A stretch of 64,000 nt of DNA, from the NCBI RefSeq assembly GCF_965641715.1, contig NZ_OZ282453.1, one strand, 5' to 3'. Below the pieces are notes generated by a model, which was given only the letters and a program-made list of their open reading frames with translations, made no database searches and had not been told where the DNA came from. Below, in pieces: positions 61,579 to 64,000 of the stretch. The DNA is from Escherichia coli. Lineage in GTDB: Bacteria > Pseudomonadota > Gammaproteobacteria > Enterobacterales > Enterobacteriaceae. Positions within the stretch are counted from its first letter, which is position 1, and each line of letters opens with the position of its first letter. Both the position numbers and the translations under genes were made by a program.

Positions 61579-61677
61579 GATCCGTTATCAGTGCAGGAAA
61601 ATGCCTGTTAGCGTAAAAGCAAAACACAAATCTATCCATGCAAGCATTCACCGCCGGTTTACTGGCGGTTTTTTTTT
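61579..61677 (+). ncRNA. mgrR: MgrR small RNA (PhoP-regulated, Hfq-dependent)
   Basis: About 98-nt unit ending in the terminator CACCGCCGG-tttac-TGGCGG followed by T9, between dgcZ and mgtS as in K-12. The 5' end was inferred from a TACTGT -10-like hexamer. Confidence 0.7.
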
Positions 61678-61752
61678 CGCCGTCATAAAAATCAGGCCCC
61701 TTGTACACAACTGTAACAAGGGGCCGGTTAGGTGAGGGATTATCTCCGTTCA

Positions 61753-61848
61753 TTAGTCATCCCATTTGTGGCTGAAATACGCGGCCAGAAAACCAGAAAA
61801 TAAAATTATTCCCAGTACGGCCATAAAAACATTCATATTACCCAGCAT
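61753..61848 (-). CDS. mgtS: 31-aa membrane protein MgtS (YneM)
   Basis: Hand translation gives MLGNMNVFMAVLGIILFSGFLAAYFSHKWDD. Below the ORF-track size cutoff. Confidence 0.9.
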   Translation of the reverse strand: MLGNMNVFMAVLGIILFSGFLAAYFSHKWDD

Positions 61849-61974
61849 TATTTGCCTCCGTTTATGGTGTGGTGTGTTTCCTCGCTTACCTTAATTTTCA
61901 TCTCAATGAGAAACATATTAGCAGAGGTAACCTAAACGAAGGCTGAATTAAATTTTTATTGTGTTCGACTTAAA

Positions 61975-63162
61975 TCAACAAAGCGCGGGCTGCCTCCACG
62001 GTCTTGCACGAATCCCTTTTAACATCAGTACCCACGCAGCAATAATCACCAACGCTAAGATGATAAACAGCGAGGAAGGCGGCAGGTTGGTTAGCACTAG
62101 GCCACTCACTAATGGGTTAATTGCGGCACCAAGCCAGCCTAAAGACTGGGCGGAAAAATAGCTGGCTTTCATTCCTGGCGGCGCAATATGGTCAATCAAC
62201 ATATACTCGCCCGGCGCATAAATTATTTCACCGACAGTAAATACCGCAGCTGACATACCCCACAATAGCAGGCTGTTTCCGGAAAAAATAAAACCGACCA
62301 GACCGATGACGAAACAGAGGGTGCCTGCTGTCATCAGCGCGCGGATGTTAGCCGGGTTAAGTCGGCGGCCCACGGAATATTGCAACGTAACTACCATGGC
62401 GGCATTCACCGGAAGAACAACCGCGACCACCTTTTCGGCAAAATCACCATCAGCAATCACCATCACATATTGTGAAATGCATGAAGCAAATGCGCCACTA
62501 ACAAAAGAAGCCAGAAAGCCAGAGCAGGTAAACCACAACAGTGCCTTATCTTGTAATAAAACTTTCGGCGACCAGACACTGCCTGTTTCCGTGGCGATGA
62601 TTTTCTCGCTGCGCTTTACCCAAATTTGAATGAAAAACATGGGAAACGCAGAGCAGATAGCGGCCAGCCAAAAGGGCAGATTGATGCTCTGCATGACCAA
62701 CAGCGTGCCGAGTGGCGGGCCGACGGTCCAGCCAATATTGAGCATGGTGTAGTTGATCGAGAAGATCTTCGTTTTGCTGGTGGATGAAAGATTGTCGGCA
62801 AACCAGGCTTTCAACACTGTGGCAAAAACGGAATAGGCGCAGTTGATGAGTGCGAAAAAAAGTACCACCAGCGTGACGCTGTCCACCAGGGGAATAGCAA
62901 TAAAACCGCTGGCGAAGGCCGTAATTGCCAGTAACATATAGCGTTTCTTGTCGAACTTATCCGCCAGGATACCAAAACCGAGGCTAAAAACGACGCCAAT
63001 AGTGAGCGCAATTGTCATCGCATAACCAATGAGATCGACACTCAGGCTGTACTGACGACTTAAGTAAATGGTCATAAATGGCAGCGTAGCGCCGCGTCCG
63101 ATGGTTAATAACAACGACGAGGCAAGAAGGGCGCTGGTAGAGCGTCGTAGGGATAAGTTCAT
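61975..63162 (-). CDS. ydeE: MFS exporter YdeE
   Basis: 395 aa, 12-TM MFS protein, in K-12 synteny. Confidence 0.9.
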   Translation of the reverse strand: MNLSLRRSTSALLASSLLLTIGRGATLPFMTIYLSRQYSLSVDLIGYAMTIALTIGVVFSLGFGILADKFDKKRYMLLAITAFASGFIAIPLVDSVTLVVLFFALINCAYSVFATVLKAWFADNLSSTSKTKIFSINYTMLNIGWTVGPPLGTLLVMQSINLPFWLAAICSAFPMFFIQIWVKRSEKIIATETGSVWSPKVLLQDKALLWFTCSGFLASFVSGAFASCISQYVMVIADGDFAEKVVAVVLPVNAAMVVTLQYSVGRRLNPANIRALMTAGTLCFVIGLVGFIFSGNSLLLWGMSAAVFTVGEIIYAPGEYMLIDHIAPPGMKASYFSAQSLGWLGAAINPLVSGLVLTNLPPSSLFIILALVIIAAWVLMLKGIRARPWRQPALC

Positions 63163-63356
63163 TTGTCTGTCCGGCAGTGCGTTTCGTTATGTTTTGTTTT
63201 AGAGATGTAAAGAAATAGCATGGCAAAAATCCGAAGTATAGCGACTTATTTGCGCATTAATGCCGTCGTAACCGGCGACTAACGAATCAACTGTTAAAGA
63301 AAAGTAAATTCAGCTAAGTTGATTGCTTACAAAAGATGAAATTCAGAGGCGGTAGA

Positions 63357-64000
63357 ATGTCGCGAAAAGATGGGGTGTTGGCGCTACTGGTAGTGGTCGT
63401 ATGGGGGCTAAATTTTGTGGTCATCAAAGTGGGGCTTCATAACATGCCACCGCTGATGCTGGCCGGTTTGCGCTTTATGCTGGTCGCTTTTCCGGCCATC
63501 TTTTTTGTCGCACGACCGAAAGTACCACTGAATTTGCTGCTGGGGTATGGATTAACCATCAGTTTTGCACAGTTTGCCTTTCTCTTCTGCGCCATTAACT
63601 TTGGTATGCCTGCTGGACTGGCTTCGCTGGTGTTACAGGCTCAGGCGTTTTTTACTATCGTGCTTGGCGCGTTTACTTTCGGTGAGCGACTGCATGGCAA
63701 ACAATTGGCGGGGATCGCCTTAGCGATTTTTGGCGTACTGGTGTTAATCGAAGATAGTCTGAACGGTCAGCATGTGGCGATGCTCGGCTTTATGTTGACC
63801 CTGGCGGCAGCATTTAGTTGGGCGTGTGGCAACATCTTCAATAAAAAGATCATGTCGCACTCAACGCGTCCGGCGGTGATGTCGCTGGTAATCTGGAGCG
63901 CATTAATCCCAATCATTCCCTTCTTTGTTGCCTCGCTGATTCTCGATGGTTCCGCAACCATGATTCACAGTCTGGTCACTATCGATATGACCACTATCTT
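63357..64000 (+). CDS. eamA: cysteine/O-acetylserine exporter EamA (DMT family), N-terminal ~214 codons; runs off the right edge
   Basis: ATG 63357 gives MSRKDGVLALLVVVVWGLNFVVIKVGLHNMPPLMLAGLRF.... Open to the window end, so absent from the ORF track. Confidence 0.9.
   Translation, partial: MSRKDGVLALLVVVVWGLNFVVIKVGLHNMPPLMLAGLRFMLVAFPAIFFVARPKVPLNLLLGYGLTISFAQFAFLFCAINFGMPAGLASLVLQAQAFFTIVLGAFTFGERLHGKQLAGIALAIFGVLVLIEDSLNGQHVAMLGFMLTLAAAFSWACGNIFNKKIMSHSTRPAVMSLVIWSALIPIIPFFVASLILDGSATMIHSLVTIDMTTI

Overview
This is an Escherichia coli chromosomal segment, in reverse orientation relative to the K-12 map. Ordinary core genes sit at both ends: ynfE-ynfD-ynfC-speG-ynfB-ynfA-rspA-rspB on the left and ydfI-ydfZ-ydfH-ydfG-dcp-ydeJ-ydeI-dgcZ-mgrR-mgtS-ydeE-eamA on the right. 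Between them lies a complete lambdoid prophage of about 45.6 kb (6611-52215), integrated inside the MFS transporter gene ydfJ. It is flanked by an 11-bp direct repeat, TTATGGATTTC. It looks like an intact relative of the 20-kb Qin remnant of K-12, because it shares ydfE, ydfD, dicB, dicF, ydfA, dicA/dicC homologues, hok, rem, ydfU, a Q antiterminator, an S21-type pinholin, ydfR, a SAR endolysin, Rz/Rz1, cspI, gnsB, stf/tfa, pin and ydfK. Unlike Qin, it keeps a full packaging and head module (cos, TerS, TerL, W, portal, protease-capsid fusion) and a lambda-like tail module (Z U V G/T H M L K I J lom stf tfa).

The accessory 'moron' regions are where the unusual content sits:
- A reverse-oriented, AT-rich islet at 15.2-18.0 kb carries a 449-aa orphan protein with its own promoter and terminator. 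This is my best candidate for an undescribed single-gene defence or abortive-infection function. The same islet holds a strongly SD-supported 29-30-aa hydrophobic peptide ORF and a hok/mok/sok module.
- The Q-tRNA-lysis interval (the stx position of Stx phages) carries two tandem lipoproteins with a TolA C-terminal (domain III)-like fold, bracketed by their own promoter and terminator.
- A cold-shock gene cluster lies between the lysis and packaging modules.

All identifications rest on hand reading of the ORF track and sequence and on remembered K-12 and lambda protein sequences. No database search, HMM, folding or exact composition calculation was run.
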